Below are positions 37,053 to 49,862 of a stretch of 64,000 nt of DNA, piece after piece (the stretch's first letter is position 1; each line of letters begins with the position of its first letter). The stretch comes from Thermoanaerobaculia bacterium. Its GTDB lineage: Bacteria > Acidobacteriota > Thermoanaerobaculia > UBA5066. The translations under genes were made by a program, and so were the position numbers. Under the pieces are notes generated by a model. It ran no database searches. It was not told the DNA's origin and worked only from the letters and a program-made list of their open reading frames with translations. The DNA lies in the NCBI GenBank assembly GCA_963719225.1, contig CAVRAY010000002.1:384001-448000 (forward strand). Direction: 5' to 3'.

Positions 37053-39101
37053 TCAGGCCGTCTTGCCGAATATGGCCGAGCGAACCTTCCTCTTCATGGC
37101 CTCGACCTCCGGGCCCGCGGGAGCGCCGGCTCCCTCGCCGTCGGCCTGGTTCGCGACGAACAGCGTGAGGAGCGCGTCGAGGACGTTGCCCGTCCGCGAG
37201 CCGTCCGCGCCGCCGCCGCTCACGACGACGCGCGGCACGATGTCGACCTTCGACTTCTCGATCGCCTCCGCGAAGCGCGACAGCACAGCCTGCGCGACCT
37301 GGTAGCGCGGTCCGCCGTAAGCGCGGACCTGCTCCTCGGCGGCGATCGCCTGCGCGACGCCCACACGAGCCGCCCGGTCCGCTTCGGCCTGACCGACGGC
37401 CTGGATGCGCGCGGCCTCGGCGTCCGCGAGGAGCCGGACCTTCTTCCCTTCGGCGTCCGCGAGCGCCTGGATCTGCGCGGCCTGCTGGAGCGAGCGCTGG
37501 TACTCCGCACGGCCCTGGTTGCCCTGTACGGTGATCGAGACCTCGGATTCCGTGAGGAGCGACTGTTGCTTCGCGCGCGCCTCCGCCTCTCTCAGCTCCC
37601 TCTCCTTCACGGCGGCCGTCTGCTGGCGCGTGTACGTCTCGACCTGCTCCTCTGCGACCTGCCGCGCGCGCAGCTGGTTCAGGATCTGCTCGATCGAGCT
37701 GCCCGGCGCTGCGCCCGGCGTTCCGATGAGCACTTCCTCGAGCTCGAGGTTGTAGCGCAGGAATTTCTCCTTCATCTCGAACGACGCCGCGTCCTGGATC
37801 GCGCTGCGGTCCTGGATGAGCTGGAGGAGCGTGCGCGTCTGGCCCACGTTCTTGAAGTACGCCGAGACCATCGGGTCGAGCGTCTGCTCGACGAGCCGTT
37901 TGATGTCGCCGAAGCGCTGGATGACGAGCGGCGCCTTGCGGTAGTCGATGTGGATGACGACGGAGAGCGGCAGCGTCGGCTCGAAGGCGTCCTTCGTGAT
38001 GAGCCCGATCTCCGAGAGGTTCTCGTCGAGGCGGTGCGAGCCCGTCTCGGTCTTGATCCACTTCAGGATGATGTTCGTCGTCGGGACGGTGACGACGCGC
38101 CCGGCATACGTGTTGAACGCGTACTTGCCCGGGCCCAGGGGGATGCTCCACACGCCGCGGCAGCCGGCCGACACGGTCTCGCCGTGCGCGTACTCCGGTC
38201 CCGAGAGGTCCTCGCCCGCGCGGCCGGTGTACGACACGACGACGCCGACGGATCCGACCTCGACGACGGTCTTCGGGATCATCTCCACCGTCGCGAAGAG
38301 GCGGTTCAGGATGTACGTGCCCTCCACGAGCACCTGGAGCTGGCGGCCGCGCAGGCCGCCGGCGGCGAGGAAGCGCTCCGGGTCCTGGAACTTGTTGTGG
38401 TACGTGGCGCCCTCTCCGGGGTCGTCGCCGAGGACGGGCGCGATGATCTCCCCCTCCGGCAGCGACGGGCCGTCGTGCACCGTGACGATGCCGACGAGGT
38501 CGTCCGTGCCCTTGATGACGACGGGCGTGAAGCCCTGGCGCTCGGCGATGAGCTGCGCCATGCGGCGGAGGAGCTCCTCGTCCTGCCGGTCGAGGGGCAG
38601 ATGGAGAACTCCCGACTCCGTGATGACCGCGAAAAGCGCGAGGTTGATCGCCCACGTGCCCTCGCGGAGGACCATCCGCTGCGGGCCGCGTTGCCCGCCG
38701 CCCAGAAGGAACGCCGACGCATCCTGGAAGTCCGGAGCCTTTCCCAGGGCGGCGAGCGTCTGCGTCGGAAGAAGCGGCGCCCCGTCGCGCGCGAAGACGT
38801 AGCCGAGCTTCCCCTGCGGGATGGTCACGAGCGGGACGCGGTGGACGCGGTGCGAGAGGCGTGACAGCACGTGCCAGCCGCCGCGCAGGAGGTGCGGCTG
38901 GTATCCGGCCTCGCCTCTCAGCGCGATGAGGCCGGTCTTGACGGAGCCCTTGCCGCTCACGAGCTTCTCCACGATTCCGACCCGGTTATTCGGGATGTAT
39001 CGCAGGAAGAGCGTGAACGCGAGCGCGCCGAGAGCGCCTGCGAGAACGAGCAGACTGAGGACGAGATGAGCCGACACGAAGAGCCACAGAAGCTTCAACA
39101 C
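37053..39101 (-). CDS. SPFH/flotillin-like membrane protein (YqiK-like)
   Basis: N-terminal TM, RGPQR.VLREG, GRQLQVLVEGTY, LITKDAFEP, Ala/Glu-rich coiled coil, IVPRVVV. Confidence 0.88.
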   Translation of the reverse strand: MLKLLWLFVSAHLVLSLLVLAGALGALAFTLFLRYIPNNRVGIVEKLVSGKGSVKTGLIALRGEAGYQPHLLRGGWHVLSRLSHRVHRVPLVTIPQGKLGYVFARDGAPLLPTQTLAALGKAPDFQDASAFLLGGGQRGPQRMVLREGTWAINLALFAVITESGVLHLPLDRQDEELLRRMAQLIAERQGFTPVVIKGTDDLVGIVTVHDGPSLPEGEIIAPVLGDDPGEGATYHNKFQDPERFLAAGGLRGRQLQVLVEGTYILNRLFATVEMIPKTVVEVGSVGVVVSYTGRAGEDLSGPEYAHGETVSAGCRGVWSIPLGPGKYAFNTYAGRVVTVPTTNIILKWIKTETGSHRLDENLSEIGLITKDAFEPTLPLSVVIHIDYRKAPLVIQRFGDIKRLVEQTLDPMVSAYFKNVGQTRTLLQLIQDRSAIQDAASFEMKEKFLRYNLELEEVLIGTPGAAPGSSIEQILNQLRARQVAEEQVETYTRQQTAAVKERELREAEARAKQQSLLTESEVSITVQGNQGRAEYQRSLQQAAQIQALADAEGKKVRLLADAEAARIQAVGQAEADRAARVGVAQAIAAEEQVRAYGGPRYQVAQAVLSRFAEAIEKSKVDIVPRVVVSGGGADGSRTGNVLDALLTLFVANQADGEGAGAPAGPEVEAMKRKVRSAIFGKTA

Positions 39102-39214
39102 GGGGCTTCCTCCGGGACCGTGCGGGTGACGGGCCGCTCAGAGGGCGGAGCCGCGCCGCGCGTTCCCTTTTCGACGGATGGAAAACGCCCTTGCGGGAAG
39201 CCGTCAGGCCCTAG

Positions 39215-40543
39215 CAGGCTGCTGAAGAAAGGGCTCTTTTTCAAAGGAGCTTGAGCGGGAGAAGACACGTCAAGCTGAAAGAGGGGATTGCTTCGAGAGA
39301 GTGAGTCCGTGCTGCTCGCCTTTTTCGGCCCGCTTCGGTCGCACCGAGGGGCGCTTCAGGGGGAATCAGGCGGTCGAGGACTCCATTCGCGCCATTCGGA
39401 CGAGGTTGTAGGCCGTCATCACGCTGAGGACGTGAGCCGCCACGCGGGCGAGTCCTCGGAAGCGCGTCTTGGCCAGGCCTCCGATGGTCTTACTCCAGCC
39501 GAAGATTTCTTCGACGCGCTTCCTGATTCGCTGGCTCACGGCGTAGCCCGCGTGTCTCGTCGTCCTTCGGTCGATGGCGCTGCGCCTGTTGGTGGTGTTC
39601 TGGGCCACGTGGGGCGTGACGCCTCTCTCTCGGAGCCTTTCGATGAAATCCCTCGTGTCGTAGCCCTTGTCGCCGGCCAGCGTGATGCGCTTGTCCGAGC
39701 CCAGCTCGTCGACCATGCCCAGTGCGGCCGACCTCTCCCCGTAGCCGTCGGCCGTCGTTACGCGCGCCTTCACGCACAGTCCGTTTCTGTTCTCCATCAA
39801 GACGTGGCCGAGGTAGCACAGCTGCGAAGGCTGGCCGTCTCCCTTCTTGTAGAGCTTGGCGTCGGGATCGGTCGTCGAGGCGTGCGTGTCGTTGCGCCTC
39901 TTCTGGCCGCGAAAGTCGACATCGGCGTTGCGGCCGCCAGGAGCTGGCGGCTCATCGCCGCCCTTACCGTCCTTGTCCTTCCGGGGCTGGAAGCTCTTCA
40001 AGGAGGCGTTCGCTTCGATCAGCGTGCCGTCCACGGTGAAGTGCTCGTCCGAGAGAAGAAACTTCTTGCGGGCCTGTGCGACGACTTCCGAGAAGAACTC
40101 CTCGAAGACCTCGGCCTCCAACAGTCTCTGGCGGTTCTTCGAGAAGGTCGTCGGATCGAAGGCCGGTGCAAGCCCCGGCATGTCCAGGAACCAGCGGAAG
40201 AGAAAGTCGTACCCGAGCCGCTCGCAGAAGAGCCGCTCGCTTCTCACGCTGTACAGCGCGATGAGGATCTGCGCCTTGAGAAGCATCTCGGGCGGAATCG
40301 ATGGACGCCCTCGCTCCGAGTACAGCCTGGCGAGCTTGGGCTCGAGACGCCTGAGCGCTTCGTCTGCAAGCGCCTTCACCTTGCGGATCGGGTGGTCCCG
40401 CGGCACGAGCTCCTCGGGCGTCATCGTCACGACAAGATCGACCTGCTTTTCGTTGTCTCCACGCATGCACATCAAGGTGCAGCCGCATCGCGCAGCAGTC
40501 AATGCCTCGCCGCGATTTTCAGGAGCCCTTTTTCAGCAGCCTG
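39215..40543. mobile_element. IS5-family insertion sequence (about 1329 bp) with CTAG target duplication
   Basis: TIRs CAGGCTGCTGAAGAAAGGGCTC / GAGCCCTTTTTCAGCAGCCTG, flanked by CTAG at 39211-39214 and 40544-40547. Confidence 0.93.
39366..40466 (-). CDS. IS5-family DDE transposase
   Basis: GRPSIPPE, SVRSER, HFTVDGTLIEA, TDPDA, GDKGYD, RKRVEEIFGWSK. Confidence 0.95.
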   Translation of the reverse strand: MRGDNEKQVDLVVTMTPEELVPRDHPIRKVKALADEALRRLEPKLARLYSERGRPSIPPEMLLKAQILIALYSVRSERLFCERLGYDFLFRWFLDMPGLAPAFDPTTFSKNRQRLLEAEVFEEFFSEVVAQARKKFLLSDEHFTVDGTLIEANASLKSFQPRKDKDGKGGDEPPAPGGRNADVDFRGQKRRNDTHASTTDPDAKLYKKGDGQPSQLCYLGHVLMENRNGLCVKARVTTADGYGERSAALGMVDELGSDKRITLAGDKGYDTRDFIERLRERGVTPHVAQNTTNRRSAIDRRTTRHAGYAVSQRIRKRVEEIFGWSKTIGGLAKTRFRGLARVAAHVLSVMTAYNLVRMARMESSTA

Positions 40544-40686
40544 CTAGGGCGTTTCGTTGCGTGACATGTGAGCCACCGATCCCAATGTGCTTCCGGAGGT
40601 GCCGTTCGTCAAGCCGTCTCTCGGCACGACTGATGCACATCGAGCCTGTACCGGGAATCACAAGTGCCAGCGACTGGCACGAGATT

Positions 40687-41742
40687 TCAAGCTTCGGCAG
40701 GAACCTCGATCTCGACCCGGAAGAGCCCGTCGTGAAGGCGGGAGCCGACGTATCCAGCGTCGCCCCAGCACGCGGCGACGCGCCGCTTCACGTTCGCGAG
40801 GCCGAGCCCCGTGCCCGCGGGCCTTTCCGCTCCGGCGTCCGCGGGGTTCTCGACCACGATGGAGATGCGGCCGCCCGAGCGCTTCGTCACGAGCGACAGG
40901 ACGCCGCCCTCGAGGCGCGCCGCGATGCCGTGCTTGACCGCGTTCTCGAAGAGAGGCTGCAGGAGAAGAGGGGGGACCTCCACGTCGAGCGTGGACGCGT
41001 CGACGTTCTCGGCCACCGTGAGCCGGTCGCCGAAGCGCACGCGTTCGACGGCAAGATAGCGGTGCGCGAGCGCGAGCTCTTCGCGAAGGGAAATCGAGGT
41101 GCGTTCCGACATGCCGAGCGTCGTCCTCAGGAAGTCCGAGAGGAGCGCGCACATCGAGCGCGCCTCCTCCGGGCGCTCGGCGACGAGCGCGGCGATCGAG
41201 TTCAGGCTGTTGAAGAGGAAATGCGGGTTCAGGCGCTCGCGGAGCGCCTGAAGCTCGGCCTCGCGGGCCAGGGTCTTCAGGTCCGCGGCGCGCCGCTCCT
41301 CGACGTGCACTTTCTCCGCCGCGTCGAGCACGTAGTGCATCGCGAGGACGAGGAGGTAGAGAAGGACACCGAGGAGGAAGACGACCGGGCCTGCCCGCGC
41401 GAGGCGGTCGGGGAGCGTCTCGAAGGCGGGCAGGAGCGCGAGCGCCCAGGCGAGCGTCGTGCCGCAGAGAAGCCACAAGGAGGCCGCGACGAGGGAGGCG
41501 ACCGCGAGCGCCGACGCAGTCGCGAGGAGCCGGGCCGAGTCGACCGGAAAAGCGCGGCAGAGGTACCAGGAAGACAGGCACAGGAACGCGTAGAGGAGCG
41601 CGAGGGGGAGGGAAAGAGCCGCCGCCTCCAGGAGCGAAAGACCGCCGGCCAGAACGAGAAGGCCACCAAGGATCGCGGCCAGGGGAATCCACGCGAGGAG
41701 GTAGACGCCGAGTCGCCCGGACTGCGTGAAGAAGGGGTGCAC
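40687..41742 (-). CDS. LytS-family sensor histidine kinase
   Basis: TMs, ELQALRERLNPHFLFNSLN, LQPLFENAVKHG, GTGLGLANV. Confidence 0.93.
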   Translation of the reverse strand: MHPFFTQSGRLGVYLLAWIPLAAILGGLLVLAGGLSLLEAAALSLPLALLYAFLCLSSWYLCRAFPVDSARLLATASALAVASLVAASLWLLCGTTLAWALALLPAFETLPDRLARAGPVVFLLGVLLYLLVLAMHYVLDAAEKVHVEERRAADLKTLAREAELQALRERLNPHFLFNSLNSIAALVAERPEEARSMCALLSDFLRTTLGMSERTSISLREELALAHRYLAVERVRFGDRLTVAENVDASTLDVEVPPLLLQPLFENAVKHGIAARLEGGVLSLVTKRSGGRISIVVENPADAGAERPAGTGLGLANVKRRVAACWGDAGYVGSRLHDGLFRVEIEVPAEA

Positions 41743-41754
41743 GACGCGCGCCCC

Positions 41755-42465
41755 TTAGTTCTTGATGCCGAGGCCGCCGAAGAGGATGAAGCCGGTGACG
41801 AGGAGCTCTTTTTGGGGAGTGCCGGGCGCGGCCGCGAAGTGGCGGCTCTTGTCGTCGGTGCCCCCGAAGATCGGGACGACCTTCAGGATCACGTTCCAGT
41901 CCCCGGGGACGCGCAGCTCGCCGCCTCCGCAGAAGCAGAAGACGTCGATCGTCGCGCGGTCTCCCGCCATCTTCGATTCTCGGAGGTCGATGTTGAAGCC
42001 GCCGAAAACCGCGTTCGCCTGACCTCCCTGGAAGTTGGACGCCACGAACCGGCGCTCGCCGCCGCCGAAGACGGCCCACTCGTTCAGGGTGCCGCCGGGA
42101 TTCGTCGACGCGTCCCAGGTCCGCGCTCCCGGACGATGTGCGAACAGGATCCTCAGGCCGATGAGCACGAAGATGAGCGGAAAGAGATAGCGCAGGTGAA
42201 AATGAAGGAGGCCGAAGGTGCGCAGCAGGAAGAGCGTGCCCAGGCCGACGAGAATCGTCCCGGCGAAGAAAGAGCGGTTCGCGAACTTCGCCAGGCCCAG
42301 GGCGACGAGGACGAGCGGCCAGAACCTCCAGAGCTCTGAAACGTCCACGAGGCCGAAGTTGTCGAGGGTGAAGAGGATTCCGCCCGCGATGAGCGCGAGG
42401 CCGATGACGAGCCGGGACATGGTGTCGTGGCGAGGGCTGGTGTCTTTGACGATTCTTGCTTCCAT
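41755..42465 (-). CDS. LiaF/LiaI-like membrane protein (DUF5668 + cell-wall-antibiotic response C-terminal domain)
   Basis: LWRFWPLVLVALG TMs; AVFGG..IDLR, CFCGGGELRVPGDWNV, PIFGG; GGGAG RBS. Confidence 0.85.
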   Translation of the reverse strand: MEARIVKDTSPRHDTMSRLVIGLALIAGGILFTLDNFGLVDVSELWRFWPLVLVALGLAKFANRSFFAGTILVGLGTLFLLRTFGLLHFHLRYLFPLIFVLIGLRILFAHRPGARTWDASTNPGGTLNEWAVFGGGERRFVASNFQGGQANAVFGGFNIDLRESKMAGDRATIDVFCFCGGGELRVPGDWNVILKVVPIFGGTDDKSRHFAAAPGTPQKELLVTGFILFGGLGIKN

Positions 42466-42483
42466 GACGAGTCTCCCGATTGG

Positions 42484-42551
42484 AAGATACGGCCTCGAAG
42501 CCGGTTCTTCCCTCCCGATTCGGCGAACCGACTTCCGGCACCGGCGAACGG
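42484..42551 (-). promoter_or_regulatory. LytTR-type operator and -10 box of the LiaF-like operon
   Basis: Minus-strand CCGTTCGCCG (42551-42542) and CGGTTCGCCG (42530-42521), 21 bp apart; TATCTT at 42489-42484. Confidence 0.65.
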
Positions 42552-42576
42552 CGGGATCGGGACAGCCGAGAGTAGG

Positions 42577-43368
42577 ATGCGGGCCGTGAGGGCCCGGCGG
42601 CGAAGCGCGAGAGCGCCGGCTTTGGCGGTCGTCTTTCTTCTCGGGTGTGCCCAAAGCGCGGCCGCCCAGGGATTCTTCGCCGGCCTGTCCGCGAAAGGCT
42701 ACGTGAGGGGCGACGTCTCCCTCGACGTGCTGAACGCCGGCGACCAGAAGAGACCCGTCGCGCGCATCCGCTGGGTGAGGCTCGTTCTCGATCCCGGGAC
42801 GCGCGACGTCGCGTTCGAGTACTGGCCGGAGCGCGAGATGCTCCTCGTGGAGCACGCGTCCGGCGAGCGTCTCGTGTTCGAGAGGATCCTGAAGCTGCCT
42901 GCGGCCGCCGATCCGGCGGCGCTCCGGCCGCGCGGCCGCATTGGTGTCTCCGGCGGATTCGTCGAGACGTTCGCGCGGGCAGGCCCTCGCGCGGGAGCAG
43001 CGGCGGCGTGCGCCGGTCTGGACGGCCTCCTCCGGACGGGAAACACGGATCTGTCGTTCGCGATCGCCGACCTCGCCGCGCCGACCGTGAGGCTGGGCAT
43101 CGCGCAGGCGGTCGATGCCGCTCTCTCGCCGCGCGCGCGGGAGCTCGTCGCGAACACGATTCCGATCCTCTATGCCGCCCGGACGCAGGGCCTTCCGGTG
43201 GAAACGCTCGAGCTCCTCGACGTCTTCTTCCCGGGACGCGAATTCGCGCACGAAGCGCGCGGCCTTACGTTCCGCCCCTCCGGGGCGTCGCCCCTGAACC
43301 CGTCAGAGGGGGCGTGGCGCGTCGTGACCGAGCCGCCCGAGATGCTCCCCGGAGTCCCGCTTTCCTGA
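42577..43368 (+). CDS. Hypothetical exported protein (start may be GTG 42586)
   Basis: Signal-like N-terminus ending AAA-Q; typical codon usage. Confidence 0.6.
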   Translation: MRAVRARRRSARAPALAVVFLLGCAQSAAAQGFFAGLSAKGYVRGDVSLDVLNAGDQKRPVARIRWVRLVLDPGTRDVAFEYWPEREMLLVEHASGERLVFERILKLPAAADPAALRPRGRIGVSGGFVETFARAGPRAGAAAACAGLDGLLRTGNTDLSFAIADLAAPTVRLGIAQAVDAALSPRARELVANTIPILYAARTQGLPVETLELLDVFFPGREFAHEARGLTFRPSGASPLNPSEGAWRVVTEPPEMLPGVPLS

Positions 43369-43375
43369 GGCGCGC

Positions 43376-43984
43376 ATGAAACTCCGTGTCCTCGACCTCG
43401 CCGCTCTTCTCGCCGCCCTCCTGCCGGCCCTGGGCGCGCGCGCGCAGGTCGAGGTCGACATGCTCCGCGTGACGGACGGCGGCGCGCCTGTCGTCTCGGC
43501 CGTGCGGGCCGCGCGCGGGGGGACGGTCGTCGTCGCGCTCGAGATGCCTCGTGGCGACCGCCTCCTCTTGAGACGAGCCGCTCCCGAAGCGGGCGTCGTC
43601 TCCTATCAGGCCTGGATCGGCGGGCCTCCCGGCCTGGCCGTCACGCGCCGCGGAAGCGAGCCGCTCCTCGTGGAAGTGAGCGGGCGTTCGCTCCGCCTTT
43701 ACGAGACCGACCTCTCGCGTCCCACGGTGAAGTGCTGGCTCACGTCCCTCGTCGCGTCCTCCGAGAACCGGCTCCTCGAGACGGCGGCCGGAATCCGCGC
43801 GCTGCGCGACCCGATCGCGCCTTCGGGCAGCGACGACGTCTACATGCCGATGGCTCTTCTCTGGCAGGCCGCCGAGGCCGGCGAGGCTCCGCGCGGACCC
43901 GTGAAGATCCAGCGCGGGCCGTTCAAGGGCGATCCCTGGAGCCGCCTCCAGCGCGCTGCGGCGGACGAGCTCGGAAGGCGCTGA
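43376..43984 (+). CDS. Hypothetical exported protein
   Basis: GAGG RBS, signal peptide ending ARA-Q. Confidence 0.7.
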   Translation: MKLRVLDLAALLAALLPALGARAQVEVDMLRVTDGGAPVVSAVRAARGGTVVVALEMPRGDRLLLRRAAPEAGVVSYQAWIGGPPGLAVTRRGSEPLLVEVSGRSLRLYETDLSRPTVKCWLTSLVASSENRLLETAAGIRALRDPIAPSGSDDVYMPMALLWQAAEAGEAPRGPVKIQRGPFKGDPWSRLQRAAADELGRR

Positions 43985-44027
43985 CGACCCTCGTCGTGGG
44001 GCTCCTCACCGGCTACGCGACGCAGCG

Positions 44028-47734
<3,707 letters not shown>

Positions 47735-47738
<4 letters not shown>

Positions 47739-49606
47739 GCTCGTCTCGCCTCTGCGCCGAGCGCCTCGACGATCCGCTTCACCGCTTCGTAGCGCGCCAT
47801 CGGCATGATGTGGAGGCCGCGCGAGCGCTCCGCGATCGCGCGCGCGAGCTCGACGGCGATCGCGAGGCCTTCCTCCTCCTCGAACTCGGGTCCCTTCTCG
47901 GCCGCGCGGCGCATCCGCGTGAGGATCTCCTCGGGCACGACCATGCCGGGGACCTCGTTCGCGAGGTAGAGGGCCTGCTTCAGGCTCTTCGGCGGGATGA
48001 GGCCGACGAGTACGGGAATCGCGTGCGCCTCGGCGCGCGCGTAGAAGCGGTCGAGGGCCGCCACGTCGTAGACGGGCTGTGTCTGCGCGAACGTGGCGCC
48101 CGCCTCGATCTTCGCCGAGAGTTTCGAGATCTCGACGTCGAGATCTTTCGCCGCGGGATTCGCCGCGCACGCGATTGCGAACGACGTGGCCGAGCCGATC
48201 GCACCGCCCGCGAGGTCCGTGCCGGTGTTCAGGCCCTTCACGATGCGCAGGAGACCGAGAGTGTCGACCTCGCCCACGGGCTTGCCCTGCGGATAGTCGC
48301 CGATCTTCAGGGGATCGCCGCCCACGACGAGGAGAGCCTTGATGCCGAGGCCCGCCGCGCCGAGGAGGTCCGACTGGATGCCGAGCACGTTCCGGTCGCG
48401 CGGTGAGAAATGGAAGATCGTCTCGGCACCCGTCTCGGTGCGGATGAGATGCGCGACGGCGATGGACGACATTCTCAGCCGCGCCATCGGGTTGTCCGTT
48501 ATGTTGATCGCGTCCACGCCGATCGCCTTCAACGTGCGCGCCCCGTCCACGGCCGCCGAGGCGTCGATGCCTTTCGGCGGCTCGACCTCGGCGGTCACGA
48601 CGAGCGCGTGCGCGTCCGCGAGCTTGCGTTTCAGGGCGGACGTCTCGAGCGCCGCCTCCTTCGGGCGTGTCGCGCGGCTCTCTGTCACGGTGACGGCAGC
48701 CGCCGGGCTGCGAACCGGGGCCGCGCGCGCCTTCCCCGCGATCTCGCGCGCCATCGCGGCGACGTGCTCGGGCGCGGTTCCGCAGCAGCCCCCGACGAGC
48801 GCCGCACCGGCACGCAGGAGGTCGCGCGCGCTCTGGCGGAAGTAATCGGGCGTGGCCGGATACACGGTTCGTCCCGAGACGACCCAGGGATATCCGGCGT
48901 TCGGGCGCACGGAAAGGGGCACGTCCACGGAACCGGCGACGCGCGTGAAGATCTCCAGGGCCTCCTGCGGGCCGACCGTGCAGTTCATCCCGACGACGTC
49001 GGCGCCCGCGGCCACGAGCGCCTGGAGCGCTTCCGCCGCGTCCTCGCCGAAGCTCGTCTTGCCGTCCGCGAGAAACGTCATCGAGGCGGCGATCGGAACG
49101 TCGTTCGACAGCGCGCGCGCGGCGCGCAGCGCCTCGGTGACCTCGAGCGTCGAGGAGAAGGTCTCGAAGGAGAGGAGGTCCACACCCTCCTCGAGGAGGA
49201 TCCGGATCTGTTCCGTGAAGAGCTCGCGCACGTGGGGACGCGTGAGCGGCCCGTAGGGCTTCACGAGCTGCCCGAGAGGTCCGACGGATCCCGCCACGTA
49301 CACGTATTCCCCCTCGGCAGCGGCGCGGGCGAGGCGTACGGCCGCACGGTTGATCTTCTCGAGCGAGTCAGCCCAGTCGAACCGGGAGAGCTTCGCGCGG
49401 TTCGCGTCCCAGGTGTTCGTGGAGACGACCTGCGCGCCGGCCGCCACGTAGTCGTCGTGGATCTCGCGCACGAGGTCGGGCGCGGCGACCGAGTTCGGCG
49501 AGCGCGGCCCCTCCGCGGGCGCGCCGCGCGACACGAGCAACGTCCCCATCGCCCCGTCGGTGAGGAGGACTTCGGCCTTGAGCCGCTCCCGGATGTCTCG
49601 CTTCAT
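47735..49606 (-). CDS. yitJ: Bifunctional homocysteine S-methyltransferase / methylenetetrahydrofolate reductase
   Basis: DGAMGT, GMNC, GGCCGT, then [31 protein letters not shown]. Confidence 0.9.
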
Positions 49607-49636
49607 GAAAACGCCCCTTCGAGGACGAAGGGGCGT
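49607..49636 (-). terminator. Riboswitch expression platform: terminator / SD-sequestering hairpin
   Basis: Minus strand ACGCCCCTTCG-TCCT-CGAAGGGGCGT-TTTC-ATG; the 3' arm contains the GAAGGGG SD. Confidence 0.75.
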
Positions 49637-49664
49637 CGGGACTCCGCGCCGTTTTCGGCCTCGA

Positions 49665-49795
49665 TCTCATCTTCCTCCGGCCGCGTCATGCGGCCTGGAG
49701 CGGGATTTGGCACCTGGCGTCCGGCGCCCCTCGGGGCGCACCGAACCGGTTGCCGCGGCATCGCAGGGCCCGTCCCTCCGCCGCTCTGGATGAAA
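49665..49795 (-). ncRNA. SAM-I (S-box) riboswitch
   Basis: Minus strand TTCATCCAGAG..GGAGGGACGGGCCC..GATGCC.CGGCAACC...GGTGCCAAATCC...GAAGATGAG, upstream of methionine genes. Confidence 0.95.
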
Positions 49796-49816
49796 CCCGG
49801 TCAAAGAGCCGCGGTC

Positions 49817-49846
49817 AGAGTACGGCGCGCCGGGCGCGGCCGTCAA
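49817..49846 (-). promoter_or_regulatory. Sigma70-type promoter of the riboswitch-met operon
   Basis: TTGACG (49846-49841) - 18 nt - TACTCT (49822-49817), just 5' of the aptamer. Confidence 0.7.
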
Positions 49847-49862
49847 GGCCCGCCCGGCGGGG

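Noticed and set aside
40621-40637. Sigma54-like GGCACGACTGATGC motif
   Set aside because: Points antisense into the end of the kinase with no downstream gene; likely chance.
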